Assembly (NCBI GenBank): GCA_015523565.1
Contig: WAKA01000108.1
Coordinates: 1 to 31,727 of the forward strand
Source of the DNA: Candidatus Heimdallarchaeota archaeon
Lineage (GTDB): Archaea; Asgardarchaeota; Heimdallarchaeia; Heimdallarchaeales; Kariarchaeaceae
Direction of reading: 5' to 3'
DNA length: 31,727 nucleotides
Positions 9,462 through 18,484 of the stretch are shown here, in pieces. A program made the position numbers and the translations under genes. The notes under the pieces were generated by a model that searched no databases, was not told where the DNA came from, and was given only the letters and a program-made list of their open reading frames with translations. Position 1 is the first letter of the stretch; each line of letters opens with the position of its first letter.

Positions 9462-10483
9462 GTCAATTCCCTTAGCTTTCTTGGGATCTCATTAAGGGGA
9501 AGGATAAAGTCTGCAAGATTTGCTTCAATGACCGAACGATTCATTCCATAAACAACAGAATCCTTCTCATTCAATGCAATGACTGCTCCTCCCTGCCTTT
9601 TTATGACCTTTGACCCTTCCATTCCATCTCTTCCCATTCCTGTTAGGATCGTGGAAATTACAAAGTAGTCTTTCAACCTTGCTGCGGAAAACAATGTGAC
9701 ATCTACAGCAGGTTTTACAAAATTAACCCGAGGACCATCCGTCAATTTAATTTTCAATGAATTGCCAAACTTGGTCAATTCCATGTGTTTCCCAGGGGGC
9801 GCTAGATAGGCTGTATTTGCTTGCAACACGTCATTTTCCTCTGCTAAAACCACCTCGATAGGTGTTCTGTCATTCAATCTATCTGCCAATGGTTTTGCAA
9901 ACGTATGGGTGATATGTTGGACCAATACAATTGGCGGTGTCGGTTTTGATATTTTAGACAGTAATTTCAGAAGCGTTCCTGGTCCCCCTGCACTAGACCC
10001 CACAATAATCAATGCATTTTTGGCATTCTTTGGAATATTCAATTTCCTTGTTTGCCTTATCCCTTGCGTTTCTGGTTTCATTTGTTTTTTCTTTTCAATT
10101 TCTCTTGGTGTCTTCCTACTATGGACAAAATTCCCTATTTTTAACAAAATCCCCAACTTAAAAAAAAATACAAATTCTGGATATATGATTCCATCCTTTA
10201 TGTCCACTTCCACAAACTCTGCCCTTTCAAATTCGTCTGGAGAAAAGTCAAGGGTTAGATCTTCATCAGTCCTTGATACAAAGAGAATCGGTCGTTTCAC
10301 GCTGAGAAGGAATTGTTTTGTATTTTTTGACCATTGTGACAAATCAACTATTAAGACATCTTGGATTTGATCCTGTTTCTTTACATCCGCCGTTTGTGTC
10401 AATATTCCTTTTTTCTGCAGGAATTGAGTTAGGGAATCAATGAAATCTTGATTTGAAGAAATGATCCCTACCTTTTTATTCAC
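9446..10483 (-). CDS. cheB: CheB methylesterase with degenerate N-terminal receiver-like domain
   Basis: IVGSSAGGP, VLVQHI, LAPPGKH, KPAVD, ILTGMGRDG, SVVYGM; Ser-His-Asp triad intact. Confidence 0.9.
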   Translation of the reverse strand: MNKKVGIISSNQDFIDSLTQFLQKKGILTQTADVKKQDQIQDVLIVDLSQWSKNTKQFLLSVKRPILFVSRTDEDLTLDFSPDEFERAEFVEVDIKDGIIYPEFVFFFKLGILLKIGNFVHSRKTPREIEKKKQMKPETQGIRQTRKLNIPKNAKNALIIVGSSAGGPGTLLKLLSKISKPTPPIVLVQHITHTFAKPLADRLNDRTPIEVVLAEENDVLQANTAYLAPPGKHMELTKFGNSLKIKLTDGPRVNFVKPAVDVTLFSAARLKDYFVISTILTGMGRDGMEGSKVIKRQGGAVIALNEKDSVVYGMNRSVIEANLADFILPLNEIPRKLRELTQPFL

Positions 10484-10565
10484 ATTAGTAATAATGATCA
10501 GCTTTTCAAAAGTTTATCGAAACGCAAAGGCAAAAGCTTTCAAATTCAACCTAATTTGTAAAAAT

Positions 10566-11468
10566 ATGGCTGCACATGAATTTTATCCTGGAAAGGTTCA
10601 GGTCTGGCTAATGGCAATCAGACCAAAAACTCTTCCCGCTGCTGTCGGTCCTGTTCTCGTCGGTATTGCTGCGGCTTATCATGATGGCTTCACAAATCTG
10701 TTGGTGTCAATATTGGCATTGCTCGGTGCAATTTCACTTCAAATTGAATCAAATCTGGTAAATGATTATTTTGATCACAAGTCTGGTGTGGACAATGAAA
10801 AACGAATGGGTCCAGTTAGGGTCATGCAAAAGGGACTTCTCAATGAGAGAGAAATGCAAATTGGAATAATTGTCAATATTGCAATTTCTGCATTGATTGG
10901 ACTCTATCTTATTTATGTGGGCGGTTTGCCCATCTTGGCAATTGGTGTTGCCTCAATTGTTTTTGCCATTCTTTATAGTGGGGGTCCATTCCCTCTCAGT
11001 TCCCATGCAATGGGCGACATTTTCGTATTCTTGTTCTTTGGAATGGTTGCAGTTCCTGGAACTTATTATGTCATTTCAAAGACAGTTAATATTTTAATTT
11101 TTGTTCTTTCAATCCCTGTTGGTTTTTTGGTTACTGCAATTTTGGTTGTGAACAATTATCGTGATTTTGATGTTGACAAGGAAGCTGGAAAACTGACCCT
11201 TGCCCATGTGTTTGGAAAAAATGGCACAAAAATCTATTATTCTGTACTTATTTACGCATCATATCTTATTCCAATTGCCTTATGGTTTTTTCACTCATTT
11301 TCATGGACTGTTTTGCTACCGATCTTGTCATTACCCTTGGCAATCTCTAACTCCAACACCCTCTGGAAGGAAACAAACTTGGCTAATTTAAATGTCACCC
11401 TCGCAAAAACTGCAAAACTTTCATTGATCTACAGCTTACTGTTTGCTGTTGGAATTGTTCTTAGCTAA
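10566..11468 (+). CDS. menA: 1,4-dihydroxy-2-naphthoate polyprenyltransferase (MenA/UBIAD1 family)
   Basis: WLMAIRPKTL, NLVNDYFD, YSGGPFPL, LVVNNYRD..D..AGKLTLA. ATG 10566 preferred because start 10461 overlaps cheB head-to-head. Confidence 0.9.
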   Translation: MAAHEFYPGKVQVWLMAIRPKTLPAAVGPVLVGIAAAYHDGFTNLLVSILALLGAISLQIESNLVNDYFDHKSGVDNEKRMGPVRVMQKGLLNEREMQIGIIVNIAISALIGLYLIYVGGLPILAIGVASIVFAILYSGGPFPLSSHAMGDIFVFLFFGMVAVPGTYYVISKTVNILIFVLSIPVGFLVTAILVVNNYRDFDVDKEAGKLTLAHVFGKNGTKIYYSVLIYASYLIPIALWFFHSFSWTVLLPILSLPLAISNSNTLWKETNLANLNVTLAKTAKLSLIYSLLFAVGIVLS

Positions 11469-12293
11469 TCTGATACTTCTCATTAATATGGTATTATTTG
11501 CCTGTGTCGCATGTCTATAGGCTTCGTCAAATTCCTTTTTTGCATTTTCCCCTATCGATTGCTTAAGGATTGCCATACTTAGAAGCACTTTTGCAATGTC
11601 ATTCGAGTTGCCCAATCTAGTCTGTATCATATATGCTTTCATAAAATATTTTTGTGCATCCCTTGTATTTCCCATCTGAAAATAGGCTCTTCCAATATCC
11701 CTTAATGTGGTTGCAAGGTCTGATTCATTTCCAATTTCCATTCGAAGTCTTTTTGCCTGTAAATAATGGTTGAGTGCATTGTTGTAGTCTTTCAAGGCAA
11801 GATAGCAATTTCCTAAATTGTTATGGGAAAATGCCGTCTCCCCCAAATTCCCTCCTGCCTGCCTTAATTGGAGTGCCCTTTTGTGGTATTCCAGGGCTTG
11901 ACTGAAATATTCCGTTGAATTGTTTTCCTTACCCATACTCCAATATATCAATCCAATGATGTTAAATATCCTTCCCCTAATCAATGTCGGGAAATTTTTG
12001 GTATACCCTTCAATGAAATGGAAATATCCCATTGCCTTTTCATAATCTTTCAACCTCCAAAGAGCATAAAGGTAAACGATATCTGCAAACCAATGTTGCT
12101 GTCCATTGGATCCCTTGATCGCTTTTTCTGCAAGAGCCAATGCCTTGCCATAGTCCCCCCTTTTTTCAGAAATTCTAGATTTTGCACAGAATTTGCTGAT
12201 TTCATCCATTGTATCCGCAAGAATTAATGCCTCATCATACTTTCCCTTTCCCACTAGGTTCTCAAATTCAAAATAAGTCTCCAATTCAACCAT
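11436..12293 (-). CDS. Tetratricopeptide repeat protein
   Basis: Repeated TPR units (IFNIIGLIY, SHNNLGNCY, TLRDIGRAY). ATG 12293 likely start. Confidence 0.88.
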   Translation of the reverse strand: MVELETYFEFENLVGKGKYDEALILADTMDEISKFCAKSRISEKRGDYGKALALAEKAIKGSNGQQHWFADIVYLYALWRLKDYEKAMGYFHFIEGYTKNFPTLIRGRIFNIIGLIYWSMGKENNSTEYFSQALEYHKRALQLRQAGGNLGETAFSHNNLGNCYLALKDYNNALNHYLQAKRLRMEIGNESDLATTLRDIGRAYFQMGNTRDAQKYFMKAYMIQTRLGNSNDIAKVLLSMAILKQSIGENAKKEFDEAYRHATQANNTILMRSIRLAKNNSNSKQ

Positions 12294-12383
12294 TCTTATT
12301 CCAAAAAAAACCGAATAGTATTTGTTTTTATTCATTTTGGGGGGAAATAATATTTTAATGCATCTCTTAATTCTGCATAAGCA

Positions 12384-13115
12384 ATGGTCAACACATTTTC
12401 TAATGAAACTCCAGAATGGATGTATCGGTGTCTCAAGGGGATTTTCAAAGTAATACTTGGAACTACATATGATGTGAAAAGTTTCGGAACTGAAAATTTA
12501 CAATTAATCCCTGAAAATCAAGGTTTTATCATGGCTGCTAACCACGGGTCAATTGTTGATGCCTTTGTCATGGGGTTGGAGGTGGATAGCCATAGGGTGC
12601 GTTTTGTAGGGAGACAAAGAACTTTATGGGCGAACCCATTGTTTGGAAAATTGAATGACATTATTGGCACGATTCCTGTTCCTGAAAGAAAAGTAAAGGA
12701 CAAATCCATGGTCATCAATGTAAGCATTTCTGCAATAAAACAAGGGGCTTGTGTCGGCATTTTCCCTGAGGGGGCAATCCTTCCTTGGCGAAAATCATTC
12801 GAGGGAAAAACAGGGGTTGCCAGAATTGCACTTGCCTCAAATTGTCCTGTTGTTCCTGTCGGATTATTGGGCACTGATGGACTATGGCCTTATGGGGCAA
12901 AAATGCCCAGACTTGGAAGACCTGTTCGAATGTATGTGGGGAAACCTCTTTGGTTTGATGAATTCTATGGGATGCAAAATAACTATGAAGTTGTTCGATA
13001 TGTCACTGACCTGATAATGAGGGAAGTCAGAAGGGAATCTGGATGGTATGATGTTCCCGCAGATAAAATTGTGGCTCTTTATAGAAGATACAAGCGTCTT
13101 GTAAAACCTAAGTAA
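12384..13115 (+). CDS. plsC: Lysophospholipid acyltransferase (PlsC family)
   Basis: NHGSIVD (HX4D), IFPEG, KTGVARIA, PVVPVG. Confidence 0.88.
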   Translation: MVNTFSNETPEWMYRCLKGIFKVILGTTYDVKSFGTENLQLIPENQGFIMAANHGSIVDAFVMGLEVDSHRVRFVGRQRTLWANPLFGKLNDIIGTIPVPERKVKDKSMVINVSISAIKQGACVGIFPEGAILPWRKSFEGKTGVARIALASNCPVVPVGLLGTDGLWPYGAKMPRLGRPVRMYVGKPLWFDEFYGMQNNYEVVRYVTDLIMREVRRESGWYDVPADKIVALYRRYKRLVKPK

Positions 13116-13731
13116 TGTAAAATGCTTTCCTGTATTCTTCAATTGATTCCTTGTTTGGCTGGATGAACAATTGGCACTCAAACTTTTGTTCATCCGTAAA
13201 CAAATCCAATTGCACTAAAAACACCTCTTCTTCATTCTCGTAAAACAGTGTCTTAAAAGCATCAATCGCTGTTGAAAAGTTTATTTCTGGTGCTTGGGTT
13301 GGTACAATGTCTACATGCATCATTTTATTCAATGCTGCGATATACCTGAGCATAATTGTCGATCCCACTTCCTGAACCAATGATTTCTGCATTTTGGTCA
13401 AATCTTCCTCTGATTCAAGATGAGACAATGAGGCATTTGTCAAAAGATTGACTATGTTGACCACTGTTTCTGGCTTAAAGAAAACAGACAGCCTGTATTT
13501 TACAGGATCATCAATTGTTATCGCTTCATACGCAATTAAAATATCCTTCTCAATCCCTGCTTCGTCAAGTATTGACTGTGCGTCCCCATGACGAACAAAC
13601 GGGACGCTCATATCCACATCCCTTGCAAATAGTTTTGTCAAGGCAATGGCCGCATGACCTGCACCTACATTTCCTGCTTCTTTAAATGCTTCTATCTCAT
13701 CTTCTCCAAATATGTCTGTCATGATATTCAC
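13108..13731 (-). CDS. cheC: CheC-family CheY-P phosphatase
   Basis: EAFKEAGNVGAGHAAIALTKL, VDMSVP, second repeat KSLVQEVGS; last gene of the che operon. Confidence 0.9.
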   Translation of the reverse strand: MNIMTDIFGEDEIEAFKEAGNVGAGHAAIALTKLFARDVDMSVPFVRHGDAQSILDEAGIEKDILIAYEAITIDDPVKYRLSVFFKPETVVNIVNLLTNASLSHLESEEDLTKMQKSLVQEVGSTIMLRYIAALNKMMHVDIVPTQAPEINFSTAIDAFKTLFYENEEEVFLVQLDLFTDEQKFECQLFIQPNKESIEEYRKAFYIT

Positions 13732-13735
13732 CTAC

Positions 13736-15529
13736 CTATGCAATTCCCGATGGATTCACAACAAGCATCAGATCTTGTTCTATTCCGCTGATCACACCTT
13801 CAAAGATATTGTATTTTTGTAAAATGGGATTAAGCGGTCTTACATTCAATAATCTTTCATCAACGATGTTGTCCACCATAAGTCCAACTTTATGGGCTCT
13901 TCCTCTGCAAACCAATACTATCTCTTTTTCGCGCAATTGCAAATCCTCTTCATCACTTCGTTTAATGATATTTCTCAAAACAAATACTGGAAGTGTTTCA
14001 CTGTTGTGTTCCATGGTTCCTGATCTGGTGTCCTTAAGGATGATGTCACTTGGCGTTGCAATCACCGCTTCTTCTATCTCGGAAGATGGTATTGCATAGT
14101 AAAGATCCCTGATTTTAATGATTAGGTTCTTTGTCAGTAGATCTGGATCTGGAAGTTCCAAAATAAATGTTGTTCCCTTATCTTTCTCAGATTTCACTTT
14201 TATGGTTCCGCCAATGCTTGTAATTTTCTCTTTTGCGGCAGAGAGACCTATGCCCCTTCCTGCAACTTTCTTGCCAAATTTCCTTGTTGTCAGTCCTTCT
14301 TCAAAAATGAGTTCAAGGACTTCTTCCCTGCTTTTTCCTTTGATGTTGATTCCCCGTTCTTTTGCAATTTTCGTCAATTCCTTCTCGTCAATTCCCTTTC
14401 CATCATCTGAAATTTCTATGATGACTCTTCCTCGTTCCGCTTTCCCAATGATGGCTATATGTCCGACAGGGTCTTTTCCTTTCTCAGTACGTTCTGAAGG
14501 ATATTCAATTCCATGAATTATCGCATTACGCACAATCTGCGTAATTGGGTCGATGATTGTGTTGCCCAATATCCTGTTAATGCTGACATATCTTCCTTGC
14601 AATGAAACTTGGATCTCTTTTCCTTCAGCTTGTGCAAGTCTTTGTGCCATGGTTGGAAGTTGGTTGAGAATGGAATTGAGTGAAACCTTTCTAAGTTTTT
14701 GCAGGTCTTTCTCTATATTTGCAAATGATCGTTCAATGCTTGCAAGCTTATACAACCCTTCGACAGTTTCCAGTTCATTTTTTAGCCCTTCAATCTGGGC
14801 ATTGAGTTGTGTGATGCTTTGTTCCAATGTGAACAAGTCATCTGTGGCAATTTTTATTGAAGTTGATTGTTTTCCTTTTTGGGCACTCCTTTTTGTTTCT
14901 TTTTGTTCAATTGAGACCGACACAACATCTGGAAGCTTTTGAAGACGTTCGTAAAGGGTATCCATTGTTTCAAACGATGAGATTTCAACACGAAGCGTGT
15001 CGAAATTTGCATCAAGCATCAAGTCATCTTCATTTGGTGTGGCATTTCTTATCTTTGCTATACGTTTCAGTACATTTAACGCCGCCAATGCTCTGGCAGA
15101 TTTAAGTGATTTCTTTGATGAAAACTCTATCTCAACCAAATAAACTTGGCTGGACTTGATAAAAACAGCTTCTAGCCCTAATGTCTCATCAAGTTCATCT
15201 GTGTTTGCCGGTCTATTTGCCCTGATAAACTCAACAAATGCCTCTGTTTTTGAAAATAAATCCTTGAATGCGTTTTTTGTGAAGTCGGATAGGTTTGGAG
15301 CCTCTGAATGAACTTTATCCTCAATCTCCGCAACGGCTTTTGCACTGTCAGTCATCCCCACCATGTCATACAGTCCTTTCATGCTGTGCAAAACGTTTTT
15401 CATGTTTTCCAGTTGTTTCTGGGGTATCTTTTTCTTTTCAATCGCCTCAAGAACCTCTCTGGCGGTCTCAAGCATATTTTCCATGTCATCAAGCCATGGT
15501 GTCCATTCATTCGGATCCATTCTTATCAC
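13736..15529 (-). CDS. cheA: Chemotaxis histidine kinase CheA (HPt, P2, dimerisation, HATPase, CheW-like P5)
   Basis: LHSMKG (HPt His), P2 LKSARAL, RNAIIHGIE, ISDDGKGID, VAGRGIGL, GKGTT-like KDKGTTF, P5 VGLMVD. Start GTG 15529 or ATG 15520. Confidence 0.95.
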   Translation of the reverse strand: MIRMDPNEWTPWLDDMENMLETAREVLEAIEKKKIPQKQLENMKNVLHSMKGLYDMVGMTDSAKAVAEIEDKVHSEAPNLSDFTKNAFKDLFSKTEAFVEFIRANRPANTDELDETLGLEAVFIKSSQVYLVEIEFSSKKSLKSARALAALNVLKRIAKIRNATPNEDDLMLDANFDTLRVEISSFETMDTLYERLQKLPDVVSVSIEQKETKRSAQKGKQSTSIKIATDDLFTLEQSITQLNAQIEGLKNELETVEGLYKLASIERSFANIEKDLQKLRKVSLNSILNQLPTMAQRLAQAEGKEIQVSLQGRYVSINRILGNTIIDPITQIVRNAIIHGIEYPSERTEKGKDPVGHIAIIGKAERGRVIIEISDDGKGIDEKELTKIAKERGINIKGKSREEVLELIFEEGLTTRKFGKKVAGRGIGLSAAKEKITSIGGTIKVKSEKDKGTTFILELPDPDLLTKNLIIKIRDLYYAIPSSEIEEAVIATPSDIILKDTRSGTMEHNSETLPVFVLRNIIKRSDEEDLQLREKEIVLVCRGRAHKVGLMVDNIVDERLLNVRPLNPILQKYNIFEGVISGIEQDLMLVVNPSGIA

Positions 15530-15888
15530 TCACTCAAGACACCATCTATGACTTCAAGCACTTCCTCTGGCTCTACTGGCTTGATTATGAAGTTCAACGC
15601 CCCATAACTCAGTGCCTTTCGTATCATCGGTTCATGTCCCAATGCAGTTATCACAATGATCCGGGCATTATTGTCAAACTCCACAATTTTCTTTATTGCA
15701 TAAAGCCCATTCTGCTCAGGCATGACAATATCCATCGTTACAATGTCTGGTTGGTGCTTTACGTACAAGTCAATTGCATCTTTCCCATTTGATGCCTCTG
15801 CAACCACTTCATAACCTGCCTTCTCCAATGCACTCTTGAGCTTCGAGCGCATGAAATTCGAATCATCTACAATCATTACTCTTGTCAT
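15526..15888 (-). CDS. cheY: Chemotaxis response regulator CheY
   Basis: VMIVDDSNFMR, DIVTMDIVMP, ITALG, FIIKP; single receiver domain adjacent to cheA. Confidence 0.95.
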   Translation of the reverse strand: MTRVMIVDDSNFMRSKLKSALEKAGYEVVAEASNGKDAIDLYVKHQPDIVTMDIVMPEQNGLYAIKKIVEFDNNARIIVITALGHEPMIRKALSYGALNFIIKPVEPEEVLEVIDGVLSE

Positions 15889-15900
15889 AATCTTCTAACC

Positions 15901-17871
15901 TCACATTTCCAATAGAGGAACATTATTCCCGTCTATTACAATGTATGTTTTATCTTCCTCCTTTATAATGTCTTCTGAGGAAAGAACCACTAATTTCGCA
16001 GTCAATGGTATCTCAACCGCCCTTTCTTTCCCCTTAAGCAAGACAAAAACCTTTGTTTTCGGTATTTTTCCACTCCATGGTATTACTTCAAATTCTTTCT
16101 CTTCCTCCTCCAAATTCCTGACAACCTTGTCAATAGCCTCCGATTGAATGGCTATCGGGTTATCTTTGTCATTGATCACCAAGACCGTCTCTCCATTTTC
16201 ATCCCAAATCCTCAGTAAACTTTCTTTTTCCATTTTTGGTGCACTCGGTGGTGGTCTGAAGGCAATTAACCCTTGCAATGCTTCGACAGACCCTTTGTCA
16301 AGGTTGAACTTTGTGAAATAATATTGATATACGTGTTCCAAAAGCCTTCCAACATCCAATTCTATGGTTGGTCTGTTTTTTGTCATTCTGAAAACGCTGA
16401 TTGGAAGGTTCTTCCCTATTTTCCTCAACTGATCAAGTAGGCTTTCATCACTTATGGGTTCTCCGACCTTAACCAAATCCATGTTCGGCAATAAAAACTC
16501 CGCATGGCGATTGCCATCAGAAATTACAACTGAAAAATACCTGTTTTTGTCAAACTCCTCCTCATCTTTAAAAAGAAATGATGTGAGTAGCAGGGATGGT
16601 ATCCACTTCCCCTCAAAATTGGCAAATTTCTCCTCCTCTTTCTCCGTCCTGACAACCTCAAACGCAGAAGAAATTGCCTTGACCTGTTCCAATGGAACTG
16701 CAATGTTGAATGAATCCCGCCTCATCAGGATGGAATCAACGTCTATTGTCTCTTCCAGCTCACTAAGTTCATCAATATCAGTTGTTTCCAAGTTTCTTAT
16801 GTTTGTAAGTAAGTTAAACCAAGGTGTATTTTTCTCCTGCAAAATATTTACAATATCATGATTCGCCATGCTTTGTTGGATCATGGAATTATTAATCATG
16901 AAAATTGGTCTGGAAAACTCATCTGAATAGATTATTTCAGAAAATGGGGTGACTAGGGAATCTGTGTCTGTCTCCGATAGTTTTGTAAATGTCTTTCTTG
17001 GAAAACTTCCAATAACCTTGTCTACTGTAAATGCATATTGAATATTGTTTCCTGCCCTGACGACCACCATCATCTGCGATGACAGATCAACCTCATAGGG
17101 AATTTCAAAAAGCTCACCGAGGTCTATAAGTACAATTGGTTCCAAATTAAAATTCACCATGCCCAACACCCACTCTGGAGCTATCGGCATTGGTGTCAGG
17201 TGTGACGGCAATTCCTCAATGGATATTATCTCATCCTCATCAATGCCAAAAAGAAAATTCCCTATCTGCATGACTGCAAGTTTTTTTATGCCTCCCTGTT
17301 TCAGAACCAATTGCACTACGCTCGGGATTGACTTGAACGGCTTGTTGCTTGCCAATCCCTTTTCCTCATTAAGCCAAATGGGCACTGCCTCTTCAAACCT
17401 TTCCGACAAAGTATTCCCTATTTCTTTTGCAAGGGCTACATTGAGCCTGCCCTTGGAAAAAATCAAGGATGGTCCTACTCCCTCAATAATTGCTGGATAG
17501 TATGGTATCTCTCCCATCTCCTCCAATGAACTTTCCTTTTGTATCTGTTCCTTTTCCAATGCCATCACTTCTGGCAGGGGAACTTTCAATGCAAAAAACA
17601 AGTTTCTGTTCTTGTCCGATAATTTCAAAAGGATCTCTTCGTTGGTCTTTTTCATCTGAAAATGTGGCTTTTCTTTTGAGATTACAAAACTCTCAAAATC
17701 AACAACAGTACAAAGATCATTCTCAAGTACAATTAATCCCAATACATAGTCTGGTGCAGGGGGAATTGGTACAATCCTATGGCGGTGATCCTCGTATGGA
17801 TAGAAAAAGCTTGCCTCATCAATCTCAATTGCTGCAAGAGGGTCTGATGGCACCAATGCATAATCCGCCAT
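15901..17871 (-). CDS. Large protein with three to four tandem CheW-like domains
   Basis: IVPIPPAPDYVLGL, LTPMPIAPEWVLGMVNF..FTVDKVIG, IAVPLEQV..FEGKWIP, IAIQSEAIDKV. ATG 17871 follows GGAGG. Confidence 0.78.
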   Translation of the reverse strand: MADYALVPSDPLAAIEIDEASFFYPYEDHRHRIVPIPPAPDYVLGLIVLENDLCTVVDFESFVISKEKPHFQMKKTNEEILLKLSDKNRNLFFALKVPLPEVMALEKEQIQKESSLEEMGEIPYYPAIIEGVGPSLIFSKGRLNVALAKEIGNTLSERFEEAVPIWLNEEKGLASNKPFKSIPSVVQLVLKQGGIKKLAVMQIGNFLFGIDEDEIISIEELPSHLTPMPIAPEWVLGMVNFNLEPIVLIDLGELFEIPYEVDLSSQMMVVVRAGNNIQYAFTVDKVIGSFPRKTFTKLSETDTDSLVTPFSEIIYSDEFSRPIFMINNSMIQQSMANHDIVNILQEKNTPWFNLLTNIRNLETTDIDELSELEETIDVDSILMRRDSFNIAVPLEQVKAISSAFEVVRTEKEEEKFANFEGKWIPSLLLTSFLFKDEEEFDKNRYFSVVISDGNRHAEFLLPNMDLVKVGEPISDESLLDQLRKIGKNLPISVFRMTKNRPTIELDVGRLLEHVYQYYFTKFNLDKGSVEALQGLIAFRPPPSAPKMEKESLLRIWDENGETVLVINDKDNPIAIQSEAIDKVVRNLEEEEKEFEVIPWSGKIPKTKVFVLLKGKERAVEIPLTAKLVVLSSEDIIKEEDKTYIVIDGNNVPLLEM

Positions 17872-17882
17872 GATTCTCCCTC

Positions 17883-18344
17883 CTATTCTCTGGTCTGAAG
17901 GGACACCCACAACTCCTCTGGATCCAACAGCATTCCTTGGGTTTTTTCATCCAAAGTCAATGTCCCCTTGACCCATTCTTTCGGAATGTCATCCCTCTCC
18001 ACTTTTTTTGCTGAAAACTGAATGTCATTCACCTTTTTTGGAAGGTTTCCTGAAAAAACCGCATATACCAGATTTTCAGTCTTCAACAAAATTGCATTTG
18101 ATGTAATGGTGAATTCATTCCTTTCCTCTTTCCAGCCTAAATAGATTTCCAAATCAAGCAAGGGGATGATCCTGTTTTCCAGACTCAGTGCTCCCAAAAT
18201 GTATTTCGGGGTTCTTGGCAATTCAATCATTGCCTCCTCCCTGACCAATACAATCCTCTCAACAAATGAGATTTCAACAGCAAAGAATGTATCTCCCTGC
18301 TGAAAAACCAAGGCCTCGCTAATTAATTCCTGTTGAGCTGACAT
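17883..18344 (-). CDS. cheW: Chemotaxis coupling protein CheW
   Basis: FFAVEISFVERI, LPRTPKYILGALSLENRIIPLLDL, LLDPEEL. ATG 18344 likely start. Confidence 0.9.
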   Translation of the reverse strand: MSAQQELISEALVFQQGDTFFAVEISFVERIVLVREEAMIELPRTPKYILGALSLENRIIPLLDLEIYLGWKEERNEFTITSNAILLKTENLVYAVFSGNLPKKVNDIQFSAKKVERDDIPKEWVKGTLTLDEKTQGMLLDPEELWVSLQTRE

Positions 18345-18484
18345 CTTGTAAGAAAGATTTGGTTTACTGATAATTAACCTTTTTGGATTTTTATGGGATT
18401 TATCTCCTGCAAAATGACTCTTCTTCAACGATTTGCTTTTCAAGTTCACCAGAACAATTCCTGACGATGTTGAAAAAGGATCGT

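Noticed and set aside
10461-10565. ORF-track N-terminal extensions (menA, 1775, 12335, 17910, 18449, 25993)
   Set aside because: They overlap neighbouring genes or promoter regions; downstream starts fit the family N-termini or SD motifs better.
13809-17873. Several plus-strand ORFs of 60-165 aa opposite the che genes, and similar nested ORFs elsewhere (e.g. 30512-31105)
   Set aside because: They are antisense or alternate-frame shadows of well-supported genes and carry no motifs.
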